From: Octopus bimaculoides
Taxonomy: Eukaryota
Assembly (NCBI RefSeq): GCF_001194135.2
Contig: NC_068998.1
Location: forward strand, 36,945,093-36,985,802
Direction: 5' to 3'
Length of the DNA stretch: 40,710 nt
Made by a program: the position numbers and the translations under genes. Position 1 is the first letter of the stretch, and the number at the start of each line of letters is the position of its first letter. Positions 12,034 to 24,336 of the stretch are shown piece after piece. The notes below the pieces were generated by a model. The model was not told the DNA's origin. It saw only the letters and a program-made list of their open reading frames with translations, and made no database searches.

Positions 12034-14082
12034 CGCTTACGAATTATTGTGCAATGTTAGATGCTATAAAGCTGAATGCACAACTATGCGTGTATGTGTG
12101 TGTGGGGGGATATATGTGTGTGTGTGCTTTGACCATAGACGATGTACGGCAATAATGACACAATTGGAACTACGAATCCTAAGCTAATTGGTTGCTATCT
12201 TATCTATTCGCCATTCAAATCTTCTTCAACGGGAAAAGGAGAAAATGATATAATTTGACCATGTTAACACTTTACAATGTGAAATTTGAATGTAACAAGA
12301 ATATTCTCATGAGAAAAAGTTGAAGCTAAATTTCCGTTCTTCAAACAAAGATAGTAGTAATAGACATCTATCAAACAGTGGGAAATGTGTTGAATGTTTC
12401 AATTCCGATACTTTCTGGTAATTTTTCTTCTCATTAAAAAGAATTAAAACTATCATACGCTGAGACAGATGACTACTTGTAATCAGTGGATTCTAATCAA
12501 CTAATTTCAACTAATTAATTAATTAATTAATTAATTCCTTCAACCTTCAGAGTTAATTAGCTTAACAGGTTATGGTTATTAATTAAGTTTAAAATTATTA
12601 GGTTTATTGTAGTAATAAGAGACATGCAAAAAGGTTTGGATTCTCATATAATGTCCATGCATTTCAATAATGGGTGTCCTTAGCGGTGCACATTCTATGG
12701 CAACTATTTGAGCCATGTTCTCGTTCTAAAGGTAACCAATTATTTGCAGTTGCTTGTATCATTTCTCTACTGGCCTTGATAGTCTTGTACTACGTCATAG
12801 TAACCGCCCTTCTTAGACACACTAGGCCATAAAAGGAAAGCAATAATGTTGAACAAAATTTAGTTCAGTCCAGGGGTTTTGAAACTGCTCATTCACTTCG
12901 ACGAATTTGACACTGTGAATAGCGCCGCATCAGGGTTTAAAAAGGCAATCATCGAATACCGACAAGAACGACGTAGTTACAGCGCCATTCTGAATTACAT
13001 TACTGTTCTACCTTCTCTATAAATATGCATGCACCTACAAGACATGTTAACGAGATAACACTATCAGTCAGAACTGAGTTTAAAAGATAAAATACAAAAT
13101 TTATGCAGATGTGATTTTAATGGAGAATGTACTGGAGATAGTATGTGGTGTTCAGATAACTTGAGGATGTCTCACCATGTTTGTTGGTTAATGGAACTGT
13201 TATACTTCTCATTGTAGAAACAGCTTTGCAAAATGACTGATCTATACATTCTGACTTTAGTTAGAATTTAGATGATCAAAGTTGTTCGCTAGATATATAT
13301 GCATACATACATACACACATACATATATGCATACATACATGCATAAGTACATATAAAACTATAAAATCAAGAGGTATGAGAGGTGATTGTATATCTATTT
13401 AACCGCGTGGCATCCTGAGGTTACAGGCGTTTCGAAACCTTCTTCACGTAGTACAAAACTCGTTAGTTAGCAGCACAATTCCCTTAGACCACAACTTGTG
13501 CTACTCATTGACATATATACTTACATTCACACACACACACACACACACACATATACATACATACATACATACATACACACACACACACGTATATGCGCAG
13601 AACGTCCTTATGCAATTTCGAATATATTTGTATCAATTGTACGGTATTATTTCAAGAAAAATTAGCTGCTATTTATAGCAGGTTGTATGACTTTATAAAG
13701 CTACTTTAGTTGTCTCTTAATAATAGTAACGTAAGAAGTTGGAGTCAGATCATTTTAGTCATACTGGGTATGACTTACAATTTTTATTATTATAGATTTT
13801 GAATCCAACATGAGGACACGGCTAGCAGTTGTGTGATCAAAGTCATTACGAACAAGACAATTGCCATTTATGTTCCTATAATACATAGTTCAGATCCCCT
13901 GTATGCAATGAATGATAACAAGGAGTGTGATAAGAAGGAGAATTTCTAGAAACTTACACCTTTCGTTACCAACAAAAAGAGTTTCTCGCTGTCTGTGTTT
14001 TACACGGCGCTTAAAGGTACTGGGAAATATGTGGTATGTATTAGCTATGTAAATAATATGCAATATAAAATGACCCAAATAT

Positions 14083-14152
14083 CTAATGTTTTCTTCTAAT
14101 TTTCATTACAGGTAAGTTCAGTTTATTATCCTGCTATTCTAATAAGGTAAGT
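14083..14152 (+). promoter_or_regulatory. Candidate recursive splice site (CAG|GTAAGT) with 35-nt RS-exon and downstream donor
   Basis: CTAAT branch-like motifs at 14083 and 14096, a T-rich tract, CAG at 14109-14111 directly followed by GTAAGT at 14112-14117, and a second AAG|GTAAGT with GTAAGT at 14147-14152. Confidence 0.55.
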
Positions 14153-14366
14153 GATATAACTATATTTCTAAAATAAACACACATGCATATATGCATCTGC
14201 ATGTATATATGCACTCGCAAACATCTATACTTATATGCAAATGCGTATTTGCATTACTTATATATATATATATATATGTATATATAAATATATATTTACG
14301 TATGTATGTATGTATTCCTGTATGCATGTGTATATATATGACCGAGATATATGTATATATACATAA

Positions 14367-14415
<49 letters not shown>

Positions 14416-14636
14416 CACATATGTCTCCGTCATTTAAGCATGCAGTAACCAACTAGTTGAGACAGATTTAATACATTTGTTCACTTCTCTCTCCTCGTTC
14501 TATTCTTTCCGCAAAAGGGCATATGCACGAAACTTAAAGGATTTTCCTTCTATTTTTCGTTCAACGTAAGTCTAATACGTTTTGAATTTATTACCACGTC
14601 TTCAAGTATTTTTATTTTTTTAGTACTATATACATT

Positions 14637-14673
<37 letters not shown>

Positions 14674-15514
14674 TTACACATTTATGAATACATACATATC
14701 TATGTTTATGCATGCGAACGTATGTCGATGTCCATGTTTGTGTATATGTACATATGCATGAATGCAGTTATATAAATGTTGTTCTTGAGCAACTGAAGCA
14801 GTCGCTGCGTCACAGTTGAGCGGAAAATGTTTTTAATTCTTCCTCAAGGGGAAAATATAGTCAATTTACGATGTTTGTGTTTCTCTGATGGCAAATATGG
14901 TTGCAGCCAGAATAGAAATGCTTTGGATACGACATGTACTTATAGATTACACTACTTGCAAAGGAAGTTTCAAATATATTACACTCACACATATAACAGT
15001 ATACATATCTGTTTATCTATATATATACATACATATAAAGACAATGTATAACTTTTTATCACATATCTAAATGAAATGTCCCTGTCAAGTCTTGGCAAAT
15101 GGTTTGCTTTTTTTATTTTACTCCCCTCATGAAATGAATATTAGATATCTAACTGATCTCAGCGTAACGTGATGCAAAGCATCGTTTCCATTATGACAAT
15201 ACACGACCCAGTCCAGGAATCGAAACGCCATCTAACAATCGAGGGTGCAACACTCAAACCCACCCAAACATATATATTTATACATATATTTAATTACATA
15301 TGCTTCTAAACGTATTTATATAAAGCAATATATACTGATGCATACGCATTTGTGATTGCGCAGGTTTAATATTTTGTATAAATAAAATGAATGTGTTGTA
15401 ATAAATGTCAAATTTCCTCTCTAAATTTTCGCCGAACATGCGACACACGCATACGCAAGGCTTCAATATATGTATTTAAATATATTTCAGAAATCAACCT
15501 TTTTATTCGTACAT

Positions 15515-15547
<33 letters not shown>

Positions 15548-18088
15548 NNNNNNNNNNNNNNNNNNNNNNNNNNNNNNNNNNNNNNNNNNNNNNNNNNNNN
15601 NNNNNNNNNNNNNNNNNNNNNNNNNNNNNNNNNNNNNNNNNNNNNNNNNNNNNNNNNNNNNNNNNNNNNNNNNNNNNNNNNNNNNNNNNNNNNNNNNNNN
15701 NNNNNNNNNNNNNNNNNNNNNNNNNNNNNNNNNNNNNNNNNNNNNNNNNNNNNNNNNNNNNNNNNNNNNNNNNNNNNNNNNNNNNNNNNNNNNNNNNNNN
15801 NNNNNNNNNNNNNNNNNNNNNNNNNNNNNNNNNNNNNNNNNNNNNNNNNNNNNNNNNNNNNNNNNNNNNNNNNNNNNNNNNNNNNNNNNNNNNNNNNNNN
15901 NNNNNNNNNNNNNNNNNNNNNNNNNNATATATATATATATATACACCTATATATGCATATAGTTATGTACATGTGTATGTATGTATATATGTATGCATGT
16001 ATGTATGGATGGATGGATGGATGGATGGATGGATGGATCAGTGATTAGTACTGAGACACCCCTCAGCTTTTGTTAATGCCGCTCCCTATGGAAAGATCAC
16101 TCTAATGGAAAACCAGATATGCAGGAAATGGCGTTGAATAATTTGGGCATATGTTGCCTGACCTTCCGAAAATGGTGCCCCTACATTCCTGAGCTTGTGA
16201 CACATATTGGCACTGGATATCTTGCTCTGACTTTTCTGTGGATAATGTCAATACGAAGGAAAGGAACTGTGATGTGTTGTTCAAGCCTTAGGCTTAAAAT
16301 CTTAAGTTGAGCAACCGCCGGCGAGGTGACTTTCCGATTCGCGGTCGAGTAGGAAGGCGCCGCAGCGAGAAGAGAAGCCGCCTGCACGCACTCGGCTGAA
16401 GACGACCACGGCTGCAATAATGTTATTTTTCAAGGGCGATAGTCAGTGTTGGTCTTCCTTAGTCACAAGTGGATAGCTATCATTAGTGACTGTATAAACG
16501 TCAATATCTACTGAATGTGACTCGTTATATAACATATACGATATTTTACTTATTAGTTTAGGTTCCCCTGAATGTGCAAGTAGCAATCTACAGCCACTCC
16601 TGCTCCATAATTTTGTAGAGTACAAATTAATTATTCTAAAACAAGAATGTTGATTACGAAGTTTCGGCCAGCTAAGCAGTACGACAATAGCCTAGATGAC
16701 TGCAACTTTGAAGTCACTGCTTACAACATTTTTTGAGAATAATGAATAGATATCAAGAANNNNNNNNNNNNNNNNNNNNNNNNNNNNNNNNNNNNNNNNN
16801 NNNNNNNNNNNNNNNNNNNNNNNNNNNNNNNNNNNNNNNNNNNNNNNNNNNNNNNNNNNNNNNNNNNNNNNNNNNNNNNNNNNNNNNNNNNNNNNNNNNN
16901 NNNNNNNNNNNNNNNNNNNNNNNNNNNNNNNNNNNNNNNNNNNNNNNNNNNNNNNNNNNNNNNNNNNNNNNNNNNNNNNNNNNNNNNNNNNNNNNNNNNN
17001 NNNNNNNNNNNNNNNNNNNNNNNNNNNNNNNNNNNNNNNNNNNNNNNNNNNNNNNNNNNNNNNNNNNNNNNNNNNNNNNNNNNNNNNNNNNNNNNNNNNN
17101 NNNNNNNNNNNNNNNNNNNNNNNNNNNNNNNNNNNNNNNNNNNNNNNNNNNNNNNNNNNNNNNNNNNNNNNNNNNNNNNNNNNNNNNNNNNNNNNNNNNN
17201 NNNNNNNNNNNNNNNNNNNNNNNNNNNNNNNNNNNNNNNNNNNNNNNNNNNNNNNNNNNNNNNNNNNNNNNNNNNNNNNNNNNNNNNNNNNNNNNNNNNN
17301 NNNNNNNNNNNNNNNNNNNNNNNNNNNNNNNNNNNNNNNNNNNNNNNNNNNNNNNNNNNNNNNNNNNNNNNNNNNNNNNNNNNNNNNNNNNNNNNNNNNN
17401 NNNNNNNNNNNNNNNNNNNNNNNNNNNNNNNNNNNNNNNNNNNNNNNNNNNNNNNNNNNNNNNNNNNNNNNNNNNNNNNNNNNNNNNNNNNNNNNNNNNN
17501 NNNNNNNNNNNNNNNNNNNNNNNNNNNNNNNNNNNNNNNNNNNNNNNNNNNNNNNNNNNNNNNNNNNNNNNNNNNNNNNNNNNNNNNNNNNNNNNNNNNN
17601 NNNNNNNNNNNNNNNNNNNNNNNNNNNNNNNNNNNNNNNNNNNNNNNNNNNNNNNNNNNNNNNNNNNNNNNNNNNNNNNNNNNNNNNNNNNNNNNNNNNN
17701 NNNNNTATATATGCACGTTTATATATATATATAAATATATATATATGCATGTGAATAGGTATAAAGATATATATTCATATATATGCACGTTTATATATAT
17801 ATATAAATATATGATAATAGAGAATCAGTTTTATGTGCATAAAGATTGGCAAAGAGATAAATAGGTAAATAAATATATTAGATTAGATCGTTAAGAAATA
17901 AAATTTGTATGCAAGCCATATAAACAAACATATATATCAGAAACTTCGCACACACTGAGATAGGCACCTACGTACATATTTATATATACATACATATATA
18001 TTCACGCACATGCCATTACACAAATATGAACATTTATTTATCTATCTATCTATCTATTTATCTAAGTATCTATATATATATATATCAA

Positions 18089-18390
18089 TTGGCAGTCCGT
18101 CGCTTACGTCGAAACGGGTTTCACTCGATTCGATCAATGGAACAGCTTGCTCGTGAGATTAACGTGCAAATGGCTGACCACTCCACCGGACACGCGTACC
18201 CCTTCACATCCTTCTCTGAAAGATTCGGCGTGACACAGAGTGTGATCATGCTGGCCCCTTGAAATACAGGTACCACTTATTTCTGCCAGCGGAACCAATG
18301 TGAAATAAAGTGTTTTGCGCAAGGAGAAAACGCACCACGTGGAATCGAACTCGCGACCTTACGATTGCGAGCAGAATACCCTAACCGCGT
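18089..18390 (-). mobile_element. SINE family C (tRNA-derived)
   Basis: Minus-strand head ggttagggtattctgctcgcaatcgtaaggtcgcgagttcgattcc (B-box GAGTTCGATTCC), body ccttgcgcaaaacactttatttcaca, 3' end cgtaagcgacggactgccaa. Confidence 0.8.
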
Positions 18391-18637
18391 ATTTATACAC
18401 GTAGTTGTTTCTACAGATCTGTATGAAACTGAGGTCTGTTATATATTTACAATATGCTTCACCATTATGGCGCTGATCGCGATGGCTATACTACACTGAA
18501 TATTATTTATAACAAAGTATATATTCACAGTTTATATCTTACGTGTATTAATTATTCATCAGCAGTAATGTAGATGTGAAAATATTCTCTATGGGAGAAT
18601 TAGCTCAATCCCTATCGACAACGTTACCGACAATAAT

Positions 18638-18838
18638 CTTTTCTACTCTAAGCACAAGGCTCGAAATTTTGGGGGATTAGATCGAGCCCAGTACGCAACT
18701 AGTAATTAGTTTATCGACCCCAAGAGGATGAAAGGCAAAGTTGACCCCGGCGGAATTTGAACTCACAGCATAAAGCCAGACGAAATACCGATAGGCATTT
18801 CGCCCGGCGTGCTAACGTTTCTGCCAGCTCGCCGCTTT
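18638..18838 (-). mobile_element. SINE family B with 18-bp target site duplication
   Basis: Family B body flanked by a perfect direct repeat AACGTTACCGACAATAAT at 18620-18637 and 18839-18856. Confidence 0.92.
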
Positions 18839-19504
18839 AACGTTACCGACAATAATAGCTAGAGTTCGCAGTTGTATCTTGTCATTTTAATGTTTTACTG
18901 CTTTTAAATATTATAGTATTTCAATATATATATCTCATGGGAATCATGTATAATTCTGAAGCCACTTATACGATTGTCTAACATTATCAAATATCGCAAA
19001 ACATACGATAATTATGACAAGAACAACCTTTGAGAATTACCAATTATTTATTGATGTTAAAAGCTTTTAAATACCAAATTTGGTCATTTACAAACATTAT
19101 ACCTTGAAAATAAGCTAACATTCTTTCCTGAGACTTACACCTCAGTTATTCATTAACTAAATTATAGCGTCTCTGAGTTATTAACTTCATTTAAAAGTAA
19201 AGGATGCATGCCAACTTTTCAAGGCTACAGTTATACATCTACATAATTATTTTCTTATAGTTACTTCAGTAAGTACAGGAAGTCGTATTAGCCCAAAATG
19301 TGTGTGGAATTGCTCCTTGCACTTGTCTGAAGTATCTAAATAATATCAGTTATTAAGGCAATACTGTCTTTTCTTTACTGTATGAGTATTTTAGTAAGGT
19401 TTTTCATGTTCAAAATGCTACAACCAACCTAACTACAGTTTACCATGCTGATGGCCTTACTCTGTTTTCAATATCCCAGATATATTCTGCAATATATAGG
19501 TATA

Positions 19505-19940
19505 TTCTCAGGACGAATACTGTAGGTAATTTGGCCTCCGATGAGTTTTCTCCAATGTTCTCGACTCTGAGCTGTTTTCTTTGTTTCTCTCCAACGGACT
19601 CTGCTTTTGCCAGTGCTGCCTCAGTAACCTGCGTCCTATTATTATTTAGGGCAGATTCTGTTGCACCGCGTTATACGTTTCCTTGGTGGGATGTCTTCTT
19701 TTCCCAGATTTAACTGGTTTTAAATTATCATCGATGCTTCTGTAACTTTGCTTGTTTTTTTTTTTTTTTCGGGTAAGGCTGTTGGCCGTAAGCAAATCCA
19801 TTGTCGCTTCTAGAAAAGGCAGTCTATTCTAGTCTTTCCTTTGACCTGCCCAGCATGAGAGGCTCTATCAGGGGCATACATTCTGCTCTCATAGATCTCA
19901 GGTCATTGAAGGAGACAAACCATGACACCGCAACAAGGAC
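19505..19940 (-). mobile_element. Bipartite RTE-derived element (5'UTR joined to the ORF 3' end)
   Basis: Minus strand 19940-19745 (ccttgttgcggtg..caatgacctgag..atgcccctgatagagcctctcatgctgggcaggtcaaagg..ggccaacagccttaccc-An) resembles RTE 5'UTRs. It runs directly into GKRRHPTKETY..WRETKKTAQSREHWRKLIGG, an RTE C-terminal motif. Confidence 0.65.
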
Positions 19941-20305
19941 TTGACTTTGTAGTGGAAATGAATATTTGGACCATATCGATGGGTTGAAGGATTCGTCTTC
20001 TATTAGTGAATGAAGTCAATGACTTCTACACGGAGACATTTCTCATTAAGTTGGAGATTGTAATTGCAAGTTAAGCTAACGAAGCATTTCACACGACTTA
20101 CCTAAGAATGGGACCGATATTGAAGTTTGCGCTTGCGGTCAACTATTAGGTTGTGATGATGGAAATCTACAATCTGGTTGATTATTCGATAACAACGAAA
20201 ATCTCATTTCCGTGTGGTGTATGAGAAGCAAGTTAGATTGGTAAAGAACGTATATCAGTAAAGTCAGCACCTTAGTGATACGGCCCTGATATTTTTTCTA
20301 TAGTA

Positions 20306-21565
20306 CAGAGTATACAAAACGTCTCTCTACAGTAAGTATTTTATTGCAAAATAAACATTTGTAAGATGGTATAAGACTACAAAAGAACATATTAGACTTT
20401 ACAAGACTTTAAAAACTTTATAAGAGGTGTTGAACGTGTCGTCCTGCATCGACTCTTCTACACATGTTTTGAAATACATCTTGGAGAGTCTGACGCGGTA
20501 TGGACTGTTTGAAGGTTAAGATTGCGTTTTTTAGCTCATTATTGGTTTTCGGGCGATTCGTATACACTGATCCTTTACTTGCTCCACAGAAAAAAATCTG
20601 ACGGTGTTAAATCAGGTGATCTTAGTGGTCAAAGTCCCTTCGAAACAATCCGTTCACCGAAAAACTCTTGAAGTAGCGCCATGGTGATGCGCGAAGTATG
20701 TGCTGTAGCTCCATCTTGCTGAAAGTATGCATTATTAATTTCCCTTTCAGTGAGTTGGCCTACAAATGGATAGACAATATTTGAGCAATATCTCTCGGTG
20801 TTGATGGTGTCTTCAAAAAATGTCGGTCCCACAATTCGCTTTCTCGAAATTGCTATCCATACCCCAACTTTTCGGGATGCAGAGGTTGTTCATGCATCGC
20901 GTGTGGATTCTTAGTGCTCCATAACCTTGTGTTTTGCGAATTTATGTGTCCCGACAGATGAAACCAAGTCTCATCGGTGTAAAGACACCCATCCAACACT
21001 CGTATGCCTTTTTCGGCAACAAAGTTTTGGAACCAATGACAATAATGAAGCCTTTTAGCATGATTTGTAGTCTTCAATTCTTTAATGGCCAGCACGTTGT
21101 ATAGAAAGAAAGTTAATTTATTTTTACTGCCGTGAGAACACGTCCTTAGCTGAATTCCGTTTCCTGTGACAATTTGATTAAGGACTTTGATGAGCTTGCC
21201 AAAAGTTAATCAGAAATATTGGAAAGTGTTTCATCTGAAAGAATTGCAGGCCTACCGCTTGTTGCTGCGTCTTCCACTGAACCTGTTTCTAAATTTTCTT
21301 ATCAAATCCCGCACAGTAACACGATGTGGAACAACAGTATTTGGAAAAGTTTCGCTGAACTTCTGTTTCACAGTATCTGTGTATTTGTTTCCAGCTCAAA
21401 ACACCCATTCAACTAAAGACGTAAGTTCTTCAATGGTTAGCATGTCGACACGCTAAAGGGTACACAATGACTGAGGGACAATGGCTGTCCACGTAGTAAT
21501 AGCCAAGTTGCGCATGCGCCGGATGGAAAAAAAAATCACTGCGGAGAGACTTTTTGAACACCCTG
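20306..21565 (-). mobile_element. Full-length decayed Tc1/mariner-superfamily transposon (rosa/DD41D-like group)
   Basis: 28-bp TIRs cagagtatacaaaacgtctctctacagt and (reverse complement) cagggtgttcaaaaagtctctccgcagt, 22/28 identical, TA on both sides; 1260 bp. Confidence 0.92.
20418..21443 (-). pseudogene. DDD transposase pseudogene
   Basis: MLTIEE..ETGSVEDAATSGRP..YTDETWFHLSGHINSQNTRLWSTKNPH..YFQQDGATAHT..VSKGL*PLRSPDLTPSDFFLWS..GRHVQHLL*; several stops and frameshifts. Confidence 0.9.
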
Positions 21566-22779
21566 TAGTATATATACGTACGACTAGTTACACAGGGTAC
21601 TATTATATTTAAATGTTAGTCACTTGCAAAATGTTGTACTGTCGATGACAATGTACGAACCGATGTCGTATCCATTTGTTGTTAGGTCTGTATCAATTTG
21701 TTCTCTGTACACACAAATTAAGAAGACTACTGCTCGAATAATTAGCACAATTTCGTTGACAGAGCAAAATCTATGTTCAACGTAATTGAATGGGAATCAT
21801 GCTTATGAATGTGGAACAGACAGTAAGTAACAACATAGATACTTGGATAAAATTAGATCATCTAATTGAAGCTGATTTTATGTTCTAATGGCCGATCATT
21901 ATCACTAGATCAGACATCTATTGGGAAACTATTTCTCTAGAGCAGTCTGTCTTTTATACCGATGTCTCCACGAGAGGATATGTTAATCTAGCTGTCAGAG
22001 CAAAGTCACAGAAATATCATACACACAAACATACATGTATACATTTTTACGTAAACACATGCATAAACGCAAAGATAAACATATCTCCCCTACATACACA
22101 CACATATAATCATAAATATATAGGGATTGACAGTAACCTGCTTCTCCAACATACTGAGAATTCAGAAATAGCAGTCAAAGAACTACTGATTTCAAAACTA
22201 CAAATTATTACTCCAGATTGATAGCGATATTTTTGATACACACAGAACAAAAAACAATAGAGATGAGTAAAAAACACTTGCCTTTTAGTTAATTTAGTAC
22301 AATTGTTTCACAGTTAAGAGTACATAATACTCCATTCTGATCTTCAGCTAAATATTCTAATAAATTTGTTAATGTCTAAATAACTCACGTCAATTTTGAC
22401 CATGTGAACATCAATACCACGTGAAGAAGACGTTAAGAAATGTTGGAGTTAAGCATGTTGGAGTTAAGTACGTTAAGTATGTTGGAGAAGCAGGTTACTG
22501 TCAATCCCTATATATTTATGATTATAAATTATTTACCGAAAAGGGTTTTTTCATGCTGAGCTACCCGGCAGAAATTGTTAATTATTAATTTTATTACTAA
22601 TTGATGATTCCCTGCCCTGCATATCTACACACACATATATGTAAAAATTATAGGCATATAGTTGAAAAGATGCATGATAAAAAGAGATAGGAGAAATTTG
22701 CGGTATAAAGGAACTCGAAAGTGTCCAGTCAAATCTAACGACTGAGCCGTTCCAAATGCTGCTCGTATTACTACTCAAG

Positions 22780-23032
<253 letters not shown>

Positions 23033-23216
23033 TTTCTACTATAGGCACAAGGCCTAATATTTTGGGGAGTGGACTAGTAGACTACATCGACCACAGTGTT
23101 TCGGTGGTACTGGCAAAGTCGACCTTGGCAGTATTGGAATTCAGAACGTAGCGACGGTCGAAGTGCCGCTAAGCATTATTGCCGGCGTGCTAACGATTCT
23201 GCCAGCTCACCACCTT
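23033..23216 (-). mobile_element. SINE family B, degraded
   Basis: ttttctactataggcacaaggcc...aaagtcgaccttggcag...gccggcgtgctaacgattctgccagctcaccacctt. Confidence 0.85.
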
Positions 23217-23364
23217 AACAATAATAATAACAATAAGCGATTTCTTGTATTTGTTACATATCTACGGATGGGAAATATTTTGATGGCTTATAATGCCAGT
23301 GGTATTACAACCAGGCAAAGGGAAAATCAAAGAAAACAGCTATAATATCACGAGGTTTTTATGC

Positions 23365-23570
23365 TTTATCTGTTTTCGTCATTGAACCGTGGACATGCCA
23401 GGGGCAGCGCTTTGAAAAGATCGAGCGTAGTACTTATTTTTTAAACTGATGCATAGTTTCTTAGAATATTCGTCCAGCCCTTTAGTCATGTAGACGTAAA
23501 TAAACCGACACCAGCTGTCAAGTATTGGTGGAGGACAAACACTAAGGCAGAGACACACAGCCATACACAC
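23365..23570 (-). mobile_element. SINE family A, 3' half, degraded
   Basis: cgtcattgaaccgtggacatgcc...gctgtcaagtattggtggaggacaaacac. Confidence 0.7.
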
Positions 23571-23949
23571 ACTTACATATGTATATGCATCCGTATATCA
23601 TGCACACACACACACACACACACACTATACACACACATGCACATTGAAACAATACGTATTGAAACAAATCTAGTTTTCTTGGGAGAGTCATTACGCCAAT
23701 GATAACATACGCACTGGTTCATTTACACTTCTTTATTGTTACTCAACCGGTTAAATATCCAACCAACTAATCGAATATGTGTTTAATATGTCGGTTAAAC
23801 AAATGATTGACTATTTGTCATTGAACCAGTGGTTGCGTTAATATTATTGTAGTAATGACCCTTCAAATATAAATATATATAGGGTAATAAATTAAAATAC
23901 TTTATTACCAGTGGTTACCATGCAGGAATAAAAGTCATAGGACATAACA

Positions 23950-24336
23950 TATTTTACAAATATAAAGTGCATAAAATATTTTTATACACAGATAGGAGAC
24001 CTTACACAGGACTCCTTACATGCTAGAAAGGGGAGTTAAAACCCAAACCATGAAAAAAAAAGAATTCATGTACACACTGTTATTACACCGGAAAGAAAGA
24101 AAAAGCTAATTAGTTAATCTCGAATTCGAGTTTGTCGGTAATTTATAGAGAAACTCGAGTTTGAGATTAACTAATTAATTTTTTGTTCCTTCTAGTGTTA
24201 TAGCAGCGTGCCTTATAAATTCTTTTTTTTTTTCGTGGTTTAGTGTTTAACTACCCTTTCTAGCATGTAAGGAGTGGTGTCAAGCGTCTTCTCTCTGTGT
24301 ATAAAACCATTTTATGCACTTTACATTTTATAAATA
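23950..24336. repeat. Long imperfect inverted repeat (foldback/MITE)
   Basis: Arms of about 180 bp (23950-24133 and 24151-24336) around a 17-nt spacer; e.g. aaagtgcataaaat..actccttacatgctagaaaggg..taattagttaatctc recur as reverse complements. Confidence 0.9.

Noticed and set aside
12865-13023. Short frame with Walker-B-like LLIHFDEFD
   Set aside because: About 50 codons, no Walker A and no clear donor; likely chance.
13400-13460. Hammerhead-like core on the minus strand (GTGAAGA..CGAAACGC), Penelope-like
   Set aside because: The conserved C3 is G, stem II is not formed and stem III mispairs; at most a dead relic.
16080-16290. Possible LINE RT relic (AYV..HILALDI on +)
   Set aside because: Only two short motif matches amid stops; cannot be supported without a profile search.
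20090-20125. TTCTTAG|GTAAGT on the minus strand (possible recursive site)
   Set aside because: Short pyrimidine tract and no downstream donor noticed; within chance expectation.
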